NCBI GenBank assembly: GCA_015232645.1
Contig: JADFZF010000003.1
Span: 1-54,842, forward strand
DNA length: 54,842 bases
Direction of reading: 5' to 3'
DNA from: Magnetococcales bacterium
GTDB taxonomy: Bacteria > Pseudomonadota > Magnetococcia > Magnetococcales > UBA8363
The notes beneath the pieces were generated by a model. That model was not told the origin of the DNA and made no database searches. It saw only the letters and a program-made list of their open reading frames with translations. This document shows, piece by piece, positions 9,618 through 20,100 of this stretch (its first letter is position 1; each line of letters starts with the position of its first letter). Made by a program: the position numbers and the translations under genes.

Positions 9618-10376
9618 TTAGTTGTAAATTAGGCGTAGTATTGGAACTTCAGTTATTTCATTTGCCTCATTAGTATCAGCACTGCTGTTGCCAGCGTCGC
9701 GGTCCATAACCTCGACACTGACCGTCTGCCTGGAGGCCAAGTAGGAGGAGCGATGGAGGAAGCCGTAAACCTCTGGGCCGCGCATGCCAGCGGTGGAGCT
9801 GGCCAGTTTGGTTTCTACAACAGGATCTTTACGCTCCAGGACGACCTGAGTTTTGACGACAATGGGAGCACGACGTCGGGCCGTGTGTTGGGGCAGGGCC
9901 TTTCTGGGGGGGATGGATTTGGCATACTTGGCCATGACCCGGCGAACGTAACTTTTGGTTTCCGGGAAAGGGGGAATACCGCCAAATTTATCGACATTGC
10001 CTGGACCGGCGTTGTAGGCCGCCAATGCCAGGGAAAGGTTGGGGTACATGGCAATCAACCGTTTGATATAGCGGGCACCACCGCGCAAACATTGTTCAGC
10101 ATCGAAACGATTAGTGACGCCCAGGGCTCGGGCAGTAGCCGGCATAAGCTGCATCAATCCAACCGCCCCTTTTTCGGAGATCAGGCCGGCATTATTGGCC
10201 GACTCAACGGCGACGATAGCCCGGAGAAGGCCTGCATCAACCTTTTCCTCGCCGGCGACCCGGTAGATCAGACGAGGGAGATCGCCGGAGGTGGCGTCGG
10301 CGTCGTCGAAGGGAACAAGCAGTCCGAGCAGTGCGGAGATGCCAAACAGGATGACCGCCCTGTGGGATCGTGACAA
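9618..10376 (-). CDS. Lytic transglycosylase (SLT domain, GH23)
   Basis: AIVAVES (catalytic Glu), GAVGLMQLMP, ALAAYNAGPG, PPFPETKSYV. Start uncertain: the ORF is open to 10502 but overlaps pgeF, and TTG 10376 gives a signal peptide. Confidence 0.88.
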   Translation of the reverse strand: MSRSHRAVILFGISALLGLLVPFDDADATSGDLPRLIYRVAGEEKVDAGLLRAIVAVESANNAGLISEKGAVGLMQLMPATARALGVTNRFDAEQCLRGGARYIKRLIAMYPNLSLALAAYNAGPGNVDKFGGIPPFPETKSYVRRVMAKYAKSIPPRKALPQHTARRRAPIVVKTQVVLERKDPVVETKLASSTAGMRGPEVYGFLHRSSYLASRQTVSVEVMDRDAGNSSADTNEANEITEVPILRLIYN

Positions 10377-10389
10377 ACGCCTGCAGACG

Positions 10390-11190
10390 TCATACCAGGA
10401 CAATCCCCCCCATTTGCCTGCCGCAGGAGGTTTCGCCTTTTCTAGTGGATCGACGGTGACTGAAAAAAAGCTCCTCGTTCTGGAAAGTGCACATTCCGAC
10501 ATCGGTTATCCCTCCCTGGGGAACCCCCCGCTCACATAATCGCGCTTTAATATAGTTAGGGAGATTAAACTGAAACCGCCCGCGGGTTGCAAGGGATAAA
10601 AAGAATTTTTCAACAATAATTCCTTGTTCTGAATTGTGATAATTAATAAATTGGTCGTAAAAGGTTTGGTCCACTTCATAATAAGGTGGACGGATGGTTG
10701 GCCCGATAATGGCTTTCATGTGGAGACTATTGGCCCCCATAGTTTCCATAAGGTCGATACAGGATTCGATAATACCACTCAAGGCCCCGCGCCAACCGGC
10801 ATGAGCCGCACCGATGATTTTTCGGACCGGATCATACAACAGCACTGGGGCACAATCGGCGGTCATGATGGCGATGGCAACACCGGGCTCATCAGTGACC
10901 AAGGCATCGGCTTCAGGCGGCCTTTGCCCCGGGGACGCCACCACGGTCCTGACGCCATGGACCTGGTTGACTAGGCACAGGGCGTGGACCTGAGATGGCA
11001 AGGACCGCTGCAGGAGAGCACGGTTATTTTGTACCAGATCCAGATCATCGTTCACATGGAGAGCCAAATTCCACCCTGCGTGTCCTCCGCGGCTGACTCC
11101 GCCACGACGGGTCGTAAAAAATGGCCAGATGCCGACAGGGGCGATAGTTCCCGGGAGAGATAAAAATACGGGTGAGTCTTGACTCTGCAT
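10390..11190 (-). CDS. pgeF: Peptidoglycan editing factor PgeF/YfiH (purine nucleoside phosphorylase/laccase-like)
   Basis: FTTRRGGVS, QVHG, ADALVT, TADCAPVLL, HAGWRG, FFSHRR motifs. Confidence 0.93.
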   Translation of the reverse strand: MQSQDSPVFLSLPGTIAPVGIWPFFTTRRGGVSRGGHAGWNLALHVNDDLDLVQNNRALLQRSLPSQVHALCLVNQVHGVRTVVASPGQRPPEADALVTDEPGVAIAIMTADCAPVLLYDPVRKIIGAAHAGWRGALSGIIESCIDLMETMGANSLHMKAIIGPTIRPPYYEVDQTFYDQFINYHNSEQGIIVEKFFLSLATRGRFQFNLPNYIKARLCERGVPQGGITDVGMCTFQNEELFFSHRRSTRKGETSCGRQMGGIVLV

Positions 11191-11229
11191 ACCATCATCC
11201 GTTATAGTAGTAGTTTAACGTTTTAATTA

Positions 11230-11276
11230 TCCTTGCTCCTTTTCAATTACCAAAAGGGGCGGACCACCGAAAGGAG
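11230..11276 (+). promoter_or_regulatory. S6:S18 ribosomal protein leader RNA
   Basis: TCCTT pairs with AAGGA (sequestering the SD); inner stem GCTCCTTTT/AAAAGGGGC; conserved CCG just before the SD; directly upstream of rpsF. Confidence 0.8.
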
Positions 11277-11281
11277 AGGCC

Positions 11282-11713
11282 GTGGCCTTCTACGAATCCA
11301 TCTACATCGTTCGACCTGATCTTACCACCGAACAACTCGAGCAAGTCAACAAACGCATTGCCGCCCTCATCGCCGATAATGGTGGTGAAATACTGCAGAC
11401 AGAAATCTGGGGACGCCGGCAACTCGCCTACCCGGTCAAAAAAAACACCAAGGGGTACTATGTCTTCAACCTTCTGCAAGGTGGCGGACTCCTGATTTCC
11501 AACCTGGAATCACGATTGAAAATTGACGAGGACATCCTCAAATTTTTAAATGTCCGGGTAGAAAAAGCGGATCGCACCCCAACCCCCCTGGCCGGTGGCG
11601 ATGACCGCGGCGGTCGACCCGGGGTCGTTGCCGCAGGGAGCGGAATGGATGATCCAGACCTGGATGCCCCCGAGGATGATGGTGACGACCTGGATGGCAA
11701 TGGTCGGCTCTGA
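11282..11713 (+). CDS. rpsF: 30S ribosomal protein S6
   Basis: YESIYIVRPDL, WGRRQLAYPV, acidic C-terminal tail; GTG start. Confidence 0.97.
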   Translation: MAFYESIYIVRPDLTTEQLEQVNKRIAALIADNGGEILQTEIWGRRQLAYPVKKNTKGYYVFNLLQGGGLLISNLESRLKIDEDILKFLNVRVEKADRTPTPLAGGDDRGGRPGVVAAGSGMDDPDLDAPEDDGDDLDGNGRL

Positions 11714-11752
11714 TGAAGCCTCGCGGAATCACCCTGAACCTCTGCTGCCCCA

Positions 11753-12118
11753 ATGGAACATGAGGCGCTGAACCCGCTCACCAACAGTATCCAACTCGAA
11801 GGGACCCTGACAGGAATCCGCAAAATCAGCTACACACCTGGCGGAATTCCGGTAGCAACCTTGGAGTTGGAACACCTTTCCAGCCATGCCGATATCATCC
11901 CCCTTCGGCGCTTGGAACTGAAAATGGTGGTGGTGGTGTTCGATTCCCTGGCCGACCTCACGGCACAATTTTCGGCGGGTACCCGCGTCAGAATCCATGG
12001 AAGGCTGAACCAAAAACGCTGGATTCGCGAAAACAAGGTCCGCTGGGGACCGGTTGAGGTCATTGCCACTGCAGTAGACAGGCTTTATTCCGAAGAAAAT
12101 CCGGTCGCCCAGGCATAA
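11753..12118 (+). CDS. priB: Primosomal replication protein PriB (SSB-like OB fold without acidic tail)
   Basis: YTPGGIPVATLELEH motif, position between rpsF and rpsR, no DDIPF tail. Confidence 0.8.
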   Translation: MEHEALNPLTNSIQLEGTLTGIRKISYTPGGIPVATLELEHLSSHADIIPLRRLELKMVVVVFDSLADLTAQFSAGTRVRIHGRLNQKRWIRENKVRWGPVEVIATAVDRLYSEENPVAQA

Positions 12119-12199
12119 AAGCGGCCAGCAGTTACAACCAGGTGGACCTCCACCTGACCTGAATACAACCAGACCTTCCAACGAGAGGTGGATGACACC

Positions 12200-12496
12200 A
12201 TGTCCGAGCACGAAAATAATGCCTTTGATCAGGGTGATGGACACAAACCCAAATCGGCACGCCCAGTCGGATTCAGGCGTCCGTTTTTCAGAAGGCGTAA
12301 AGTTTGTATGTTTTGCGCCGACAAAGCAGTCAAAATCGATTACAAGGATCCCAAATTGCTGCTTCGGTTTATCACCGAACGCGGTAAAATGGTCCCCAGC
12401 CGCATCACCGGAGTGTGTGCTCCGCATCAGCGTCACCTGAGCAAAGCGATCAAACGGGCCAGAAACATTGCCCTGTTGCCGAATCTGGTCAAGTAG
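12200..12496 (+). CDS. rpsR: 30S ribosomal protein S18 (Zn-binding C+ form)
   Basis: [38 protein letters not shown]. Confidence 0.97.
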   Translation: MSEHENNAFDQGDGHKPKSARPVGFRRPFFRRRKVCMFCADKAVKIDYKDPKLLLRFITERGKMVPSRITGVCAPHQRHLSKAIKRARNIALLPNLVK

Positions 12497-13243
12497 ACCC
12501 GGGACCTGGCGTCAGCGTCACGGGAACGGTTCCAGTGCTTACCACCGTAACGCAGCAGGAAATCGGTGTCGTCGATCGCGAATCGCTCCAGAACACATGG
12601 TCCCCAAGGCCCGGCTGACCTGGGGAGCGATCCAGGTTCGGGGGGGGGCACCGGGCAGGTTCAGGAAAAATTCGCTCACCCCCCGGGAGGGAGGGTTGTA
12701 GCAATAGGCACTCTAGACGGGCTGGTTCAAAACGACTCTTGGTCGCCCCAAGACCCTAGCTCGTGGTTTGAATAACGGCAAAGCAATATCCTAATTCAAA
12801 CTTTCAGGACTTGGCTTTCAGTCATGACGGCAAAATGGGACCACTCCATTTCCAAATCCTTCCCGCTCTTTTAAAAAATGGTACCATTCATCGCGACCCT
12901 TCTTGGAAATCGCCTTGGAAGGGTTGGTGGGCGGGACGAATGAATAGAGTCGATCTATACAGGGAAGGCAAAGGGGGCTTGGCACGCCATGGGATTCCAG
13001 CGCGGCCCGCAGGACAAATTTTTTATATTCGGATGAGCTGTAAATAAACAACGAAATCAAAACCGCTGAGCTAGGCTCCACCCCCTACCCGGAAAGGGGT
13101 CAGCCCGCATTGAGACCCATCCGCCTATTAACAGGGTGATCATGGTTCCTGACTTCTTGACCATAATCGACAATAACTTTCCAAATCGTTGACACACATT
13201 CATTCCATTCGGGCCTCGTCCAACCTGATCCCTGGCAGTCTGG

Positions 13244-14290
13244 TTGAACCGCCCGGTCTTGCGCAAGGGGAACACCGGCTTGCTGTTTAAAGTGATCAGG
13301 CTGATTTCCGAACATCCGATAGCGGCTGGTGGGTGGGCCATCCTTTTTCTGACCCTCCCTTCCCTTATTACCATGCTTATGCCAGCCAGTCAGGTAAGCG
13401 GCCTGCTCATGTTATTGGTCCTGCCATTACAGGCCCTCGCCCCACTTCCCATTTTTCTGGTCAGCCTGAGACGTGGACTCAAAGAGGGCGTGTTCGCAAC
13501 GCTTTTGTTGGTGGCAGGCTCCATCCTTCTTTCTCAAGAGATCAAGTTTCCCCTTCTCGTCCTGCTGCTGATCGCCACCTATCCTTTGCTGGCTGCCTGG
13601 ATGTTGCATAAAGGTTGGAATTTTTCCCAAAGTGCCGTTGCCGGCTTTCTCCTTGGACTACTGATCCTGAGCCTGTTGCTGTTGATGTCCACCTACGCCC
13701 CACTGGACATGGAAAAAAGCCTACTCGCCTCCTTCAACGCCATGCGCGACCGACTAGTCGTGATGGCGCAAAATCAGGGGGCGGGGGCCGCGGCGATCCA
13801 TGAACACCAACGCTCCTTGGAGCAACTATTCAACATCCTAGTGTTCCTGTTTCCCTCGCTGTTGGTCTCGGGATGGTTCCTGCTGCAGCTGATCAACTTA
13901 GTCATAACCCGGCATCTGTTTGCCAAATGGTTCGGCTACCCCTTGCCGGAAGAAAATTTTGCCCGCTTCAGGGTCCCTTTTTTTATGGTCTGGCCTGTTA
14001 TAGCATTTGGCCTTATCATGATGCTCCTCAATGGACCATGGTATCGCTTCAGTGCCAACATGTGCATGTTTTTGGCCATCCCCTACTTTTTTCAAGGATT
14101 GGCTGTCATTCAGGCCATGTTTCAGCATCTGAAGGTACCGGTTTTTTGGCAAAATGTTTTTTATGTTTTTATTTTTTGGTCATCCAAGACCGCACTGGTC
14201 ATCATCGTCTTGGGTTTTTTTGACACATGGTTGAATGTTCGCATCCGTCTTGAAAAAACTGGGGAAGGTGGAACTCCTTCCGGGAGATAA
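13244..14290 (+). CDS. DUF2232/YybS family membrane protein
   Basis: Multi-TM protein with YFFQGLAV and LGFFDTWLNVR motifs; between rpsR and rplI. Start uncertain. Confidence 0.85.
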   Translation: MNRPVLRKGNTGLLFKVIRLISEHPIAAGGWAILFLTLPSLITMLMPASQVSGLLMLLVLPLQALAPLPIFLVSLRRGLKEGVFATLLLVAGSILLSQEIKFPLLVLLLIATYPLLAAWMLHKGWNFSQSAVAGFLLGLLILSLLLLMSTYAPLDMEKSLLASFNAMRDRLVVMAQNQGAGAAAIHEHQRSLEQLFNILVFLFPSLLVSGWFLLQLINLVITRHLFAKWFGYPLPEENFARFRVPFFMVWPVIAFGLIMMLLNGPWYRFSANMCMFLAIPYFFQGLAVIQAMFQHLKVPVFWQNVFYVFIFWSSKTALVIIVLGFFDTWLNVRIRLEKTGEGGTPSGR

Positions 14291-14293
14291 CTC

Positions 14294-14746
14294 ATGGAAG
14301 TCATACTTCTTGAAAAGATCAGCCGCATCGGCAACCTGGGCGAAAGGGTCAAAGTACGCGGTGGATATGGACGCAATTATCTGATTCCACAAGGGAAGGC
14401 CTTGCCAGCCACCAGGGAGAACATGGAACGGTTCGAAAGGCAAAAGGCGGAATTCCAAAAACGGCAGGAGGAGATTCTGGCCACCGCCAAGGAACTTGCC
14501 ACACAGATCGAAGGTATTGCCGTCGTTTTAGACCGCCCGGCAGGAACTTCGGACAAATTGTTCGGGTCGGTAACCAATGCCGATATTTCAAGTTTCTACA
14601 AGGAAAAAGGCTTGGATATCCCGCGCAGCCAGATCGACGTTCCGCATCCTATCCGGGTCCTGGGAGAGCACACCATCCGCATCCGTCTGCATCCCGATGT
14701 CATCCCTGTCGTTACCGTGGTTGTGGAACGGCGTGTATCCGGTTGA
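14294..14746 (+). CDS. rplI: 50S ribosomal protein L9
   Basis: MEVILLE...GYGRNYLIPQGKA, KLFGSVT, LHPDV. Confidence 0.97.
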   Translation: MEVILLEKISRIGNLGERVKVRGGYGRNYLIPQGKALPATRENMERFERQKAEFQKRQEEILATAKELATQIEGIAVVLDRPAGTSDKLFGSVTNADISSFYKEKGLDIPRSQIDVPHPIRVLGEHTIRIRLHPDVIPVVTVVVERRVSG

Positions 14747-14772
14747 AATCTTCAACTCCCTGGGAGAGTACA

Positions 14773-15003
14773 ATGCCACTGTATGATTACAAATGCGATG
14801 CCTGCAACACCCAATTCGAACAGGATCATCCCATGTCCGCCCCACCCGTCAAAACCTGTCCACACTGTGGTCAGGATCGGGTGCGCAAGATATTGTCCAC
14901 AGGGGGAGTATTGACGGGCGGTGGATCACGCTCCTTCTCCCCACCACCTTCTTCACCATGTAGCATGGGGGGATGTGGTTCGGGAATGTGCGGGCTTTCG
15001 TGA
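14773..15003 (+). CDS. FmdB family zinc-ribbon protein
   Basis: MPLYDYKCDAC...CPHCG...VRKILS plus a Cys/Gly-rich tail; GGAG RBS. Confidence 0.88.
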   Translation: MPLYDYKCDACNTQFEQDHPMSAPPVKTCPHCGQDRVRKILSTGGVLTGGGSRSFSPPPSSPCSMGGCGSGMCGLS

Positions 15004-15080
15004 AAGTCTGTGGATGGGTCACTGGGAAGGGCCAGTCTCTTCTCAGCCCCATCCCGTCGATGGTCCCCAGGGACGATACT

Positions 15081-15608
15081 TCACTGCGGCTTTGACTGGA
15101 TCGTTTGGCGCCATGGGGTGCCATTGATCAACAATTCCTTGATGATGGCCGTGCCGGAGTCGGAGACACCGATGACGATGGCACCGAGCTTGTTACGCAC
15201 TTCACTGTCCAGAAGGCGCGCAAATTCCTCCGGGATATAATAACGCTCGATACCGGCGAAAAAATTCTGCCCGCGACAATAGCCACGAATACGCAATCGA
15301 CAAGAAGGGTCTTCAGCGTCACTCATTTGGAAGCCCAGGGGTTGGAGGCATACCTGTGCGGCCATCTCAGGAACAGGGTGAGGCGGGCTGGTTTTGTCTT
15401 CCTGGATGCAAACGGGAGTTCCATAATCGACCCGAAAGGTCAAATAGTGGCCCGATAAGAGGTGGCGAGGATCGAACCCCTCGATGGGCAGGCGAACTTC
15501 GCGGCCATGATCGAGGAGCCACTGTTTATATGCCACGATGGCGGCCAGAAGGAGGATGGGCACGAGCAAGGAAACGATGAGGCGCAGTTGTGGTCGTGAG
15601 AGGTTCAT
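15081..15608 (-). CDS. GDYXXLXY domain membrane-anchored protein
   Basis: N-terminal TM, DPRHLLSGHYLTFRVDY, GIERYYIPE; ATGA overlap with the DUF2157 gene. Confidence 0.85.
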   Translation of the reverse strand: MNLSRPQLRLIVSLLVPILLLAAIVAYKQWLLDHGREVRLPIEGFDPRHLLSGHYLTFRVDYGTPVCIQEDKTSPPHPVPEMAAQVCLQPLGFQMSDAEDPSCRLRIRGYCRGQNFFAGIERYYIPEEFARLLDSEVRNKLGAIVIGVSDSGTAIIKELLINGTPWRQTIQSKPQ

Positions 15609-16735
15609 GATGCCAATCCTGCCATCCAGGTAAGCAGGCGTCCCTGTACCCGCGACCACATCCAGACGAACGCCAGAATGATGAACCCGGACAGGATCAA
15701 ACCGATGCCGGCGTCGATCAGTCCGCCGAAGGCGGTAAAGAACAGGATCAGGAAACGGGCTCCCAAAAGAAAAACCAAAGTATTAGCCCAGCGCAAAGAT
15801 CGTTCCTGGACCAACCAAGTTGCCGCCAGGGCGAAGATGGCCAAGGTAAACAATGCGGAGTACCAGTGGGACAGCCGCAAGCCGATGACCAGAGGGGGGA
15901 AACAGACAAACAGAATGATCATGAGTCGAAGCAACGGTTTGCCCGGTAGGGCAGGTTGTCGCGGGAAGGAGATGCCGACGATCAACATGGCAGCCAGGGT
16001 GATGCCGATCCAGGTGGTGGAAGAGAGCCACGGCCAGGAAAGTCTGAACATGCTGGCGATATCCACCGCGACGATCATGCCGATACCGCCGATCCAGGCA
16101 TAAAGTTTCAGAGGCTGGGCAAACAATTCCGTATTGGGCAAACAGCGCAGAAGGATGGCCAATAGCGCCAATGTCAGGGGTAAGCCGTAGCCGGCGAGTA
16201 GCAGACGCGAGGTTTCGGAAACGGAAAGCCATGGGGCTTCCAACAGCCGATAAGTGGCAACGGCAATCAGGCATAAGGTCCAGAGGGCCGGGAGGAAGGG
16301 ACGCTGGGCGAGGGTCGCGACAGGAAAGGTGAGCACCGCCCATAGAAGCAGGGCATGATCCAATTTCCCGGAGGCATGATAGATTTGGCCGATGAGTCCG
16401 ATGGAAGCTAGGCAGCCGAGAGCGAACAGAAGAAGCAGTAATTCCCAGACCAGGGAATTTTTTCGGCCCTGTTGTTGCCAGAGACCATAGGCAATGGCGA
16501 GCAGCGATGTTAAATCGACACCGAGCTTGACGCCATGGGGGATTTGATCCCAATTGGCGGCGATCAGGGTAATAATACCGATTCCCAGAACTCCGGCGCC
16601 AAGAGCCATGAAGCTGTACAACAAACGATTGGTTTTAGGACGATTGTCTTCGTAAGTGATGATGGCGACCGCCTGATCGGCGGAAATCAGCCCTTCCTGG
16701 GTCCATTCATGGATGCGTTGGCTCAACCTGGACAT
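15605..16735 (-). CDS. DUF2157 family membrane protein
   Basis: W..EGLIS.DQA, IAANWDQIP, IGLIGQIYH motifs; many TM helices. Confidence 0.9.
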   Translation of the reverse strand: MSRLSQRIHEWTQEGLISADQAVAIITYEDNRPKTNRLLYSFMALGAGVLGIGIITLIAANWDQIPHGVKLGVDLTSLLAIAYGLWQQQGRKNSLVWELLLLLFALGCLASIGLIGQIYHASGKLDHALLLWAVLTFPVATLAQRPFLPALWTLCLIAVATYRLLEAPWLSVSETSRLLLAGYGLPLTLALLAILLRCLPNTELFAQPLKLYAWIGGIGMIVAVDIASMFRLSWPWLSSTTWIGITLAAMLIVGISFPRQPALPGKPLLRLMIILFVCFPPLVIGLRLSHWYSALFTLAIFALAATWLVQERSLRWANTLVFLLGARFLILFFTAFGGLIDAGIGLILSGFIILAFVWMWSRVQGRLLTWMAGLAS

Positions 16736-17147
16736 GGAACTCCAATTTTCTGCCCTCTAATGACCGTTACCTACGCAGTAAAAAGGATAGGGTGGTTTGG
16801 GACCGGCCTTTTTCTGGGACCCATCCTTTTGACTTGACATGGCAGCGTGTCTTGAATAACCGTGAAACTCATATCTGCTTGGCCGAGACGGTAGCCGATG
16901 ACCGCCAGCATAGCGAAAAAGCATGGCCAATGCTATCGTGATTTTTCAGAAGCAGTGACCTTGCAACGGTTTCTTATGCTACCCACTACGACGGCCTTGT
17001 TCTCATTATGCAGCGATTTAGACCATTCCATCCTGATACGGCGGAGAAGCTGGCACTCATGAGGGGTGGGTTACCCAACCGCAAGCCTATGGCTTGGATG
17101 TTCGTGAGTACGACAACATTTTGCCATCCGTGTGCTGGGAAGCCGCC

Positions 17148-20100
17148 ATGAGCATTCCGTCCCCCACCTCCTCCATGAATGCACCGAGGCCAAGCTTCAC
17201 AGACCGCCTCCGCTCCCATTCGACCGTCATAATAAGATTAATTCTATTTTGCGGATTAGTGCTTACCGGCTTGTTGGTGTACCAAACCTGGGAACGATCG
17301 CTGGATGAGTGTCACAAAGAATTGAGCAGGGACAGTCGGATCGTGTTCGATGATGCCTCCGCACACCTGGGAAGCTTGGTGGATGAGATTCAAAAGTTAT
17401 CGCGGTTGACTCAGACATTCGATGGGTTGCAACGGGAACGATTCCGAATTTTTTCCGAAAGTGTAATGGCGCGGCAGGGGATGCTGCGAGCAATCATGCA
17501 TATGCCCTTGGTCCAGGCTGACCCGATAACCGATGAAAGACAGGTGCGATTGGAAATCTCCGGGGATCAGGAGGGGGATGGCAACGCCCGATCGCAAGGC
17601 AAACACCAGCAATCCGGGAGACATCTTCCCATTCAATCGATGGAACCGACATCGGCGGCCAATAGCGCATTCATTGGCCATGATTTGTACTCCATTCCTG
17701 CGTTCAAGGCAGCACTCGAGCACTCCATGCATGTTGGGCGACCGGTGTTCATTCCCCAACCCGATTTGATTGACAAATTGAACGGATGGCTTCTGGTCGA
17801 TGCCACCTATCCGGGTCCTCGGGAATCTTTATCGATGGAGGAACGCCGTTCACAATTCAATGGGGCCACCGCATTTTTATTGTCGGTGGCCGGTATGCTG
17901 CGCCAGGACCCTTTCCCGGAACTGGAATTGAAACTCTTCATGGCAAACCTTGCCAAACCTGCGGAACCACCGAGGGATCGGATTGAACTTTTCCACCGTC
18001 AGGTGCATTCCGATCGTGAAAAAGGCCCGGTATTAAAAAAACTGACGGTGAGCAAAGCCATCTATTCCTCGCATGGGCAGACGATTGTTCTGGAAATCAA
18101 CAGGGGGGTGCATATCAGTGATATTGATTTTACAGTATTATTCATTTCACTGACCGCCGGTTTGGCGCTGACGCTGTCAGGCCTGCTGTGGGTGGGAAAA
18201 ATGAAATCTCAATTCCCTCCTCAATGCGATCAATGCGAAATTGCGCAACATGATAGGCTGTTCAAACGGGTGCTTGACGCCATTCCGGCACGGGTCTACT
18301 GGAAAGACGCCGCAGGGCGTTACCTCGGGGGCAACCAATTGTTTGCCACGGATGCAGGCCTGGGTGCGGCTCCAAATCTGTTGGGTAAAACCGATTTTGA
18401 TCTACCATGGAGAGAAAGGGCGCACCAGTACCAGGAGGATGACCAGCAGGTCATCTCCGCCGGTCAAGCCAAGTTGACATTTGAAACGGTACATAACCCC
18501 AACGACGGCAGGGAGTTGTGGCGCCGGAGACATAAGATGCCAATGCTGGGATCGGATGGAGAAAATTTTGGTATCTTATGTATCTACGAAGATATTGCCC
18601 TGCACGAAGAGATCGAAGGCAACCTGCGTAAACAGGAAATGCGCATGCGCTTGGTGTTCGACAACGCCGGCGAGGGCATCATAACCACCAGTCGTACCGG
18701 AACCATAGAATCTTTCAACCGGGCAGCGACAAAATTATTTGGATATACTGCAGATGAACTGATCGGACGCAATGTTCGCCAATTGATTCCGGAGCCATAT
18801 CAAAGTCGTCACGATGGTTACATCAACAACTATCTGGAATCGGGATATTCGCGAATCATCAACGGAGGTCGTGAAGTCAAAGGGTTGCGAAAGGATGGAA
18901 CGGTCTTCCCCATGTTCATCACTGTCAGCAGGATGGAGATCAACGGTGAACTGTTATTTACCGGCATTATTCGTGATTTGACGCGGGAAAAGGAAAAAGA
19001 GACGGAACTTCTCAAGCTTTCCAGCGTCGTCGAAGGGAACCCCAGCGCCATCATCATTACCGATATCAATGCTCGTATTGAATACGTCAATCCGCAATTC
19101 GTGGAACTGACCGGTTACAGTGCTACAGAGGTCGTCGGCCTGAATCCGAACATTCTCAAATCCAGGGATAATCCGGAAAAATATAGAAATCTGTGGAGAA
19201 CCATTCTCGCGGGCAAAGTCTGGCGTGGCGAATTCTATAACCGTAGAAAGGACGGAAGTTGTTTCTGGTCGGGATCCACCATCTCGGCCATCATCGACCA
19301 GGAAGGAAAAATCATCCGTTTTGTTGGCGTGTTACGTGACATCACCCAGATCAAGGAACAGGAAGCTCGTGCCAGGGAGGCGGAAAACCAACGGCTCAAA
19401 AGCGACATGCTGTTGATGATGTCACTGGAATCCATTCGCGATGGTTTTGCCATTTTCGACAAGGATAATCGTCTAGAAATTTGGAACAACGCCTTTCACG
19501 AATTACACGACAAGGTATCGGATCTCATCGTCGCCGGGACAACCTATGATGAAATCCTCCGTACCGCGGTGGAACGAGGACAAATCATCAAGTCCACCGG
19601 TTATCACGACCCGCTATTGTATAACCGGGGGATACCATCGGATCGGTTGACGCAGACTTTTGAAGAAGAATTCAGTGACAACCGATGGGTTCGCATATCG
19701 GAAAATCAAATGACCGACGGCAGCAGCGTGGTGGTCTATTCGGATATTACGTCGTTGAAGATAGCCAAGGCGGAAGCAGAGGCGGCAGCCCGGGCGAAAA
19801 GTGATTTCCTGGCCAATATGAGCCATGAAATACGCACCCCCATGAATGCCGTCATTGGATTAACGCACCTCTGCCTGCAAACCCAACTGACCCATCGTCA
19901 GAGAGATTATATTCAAAAAGTTTATAATTCCGCCACATCGTTATTGAGGATCATCAATGACATCCTGGATTTTTCCAAAATCGAGGCAGGCCGGATGGAT
20001 ATTGAGGCCATCGATTTCACCCTGGAGGAGGTGTTGGGCAACCTGGATGCACTGATGTCGATGAAAGCAAGCGAAAAGAAACTGGAATTTTCCTTGCTGA

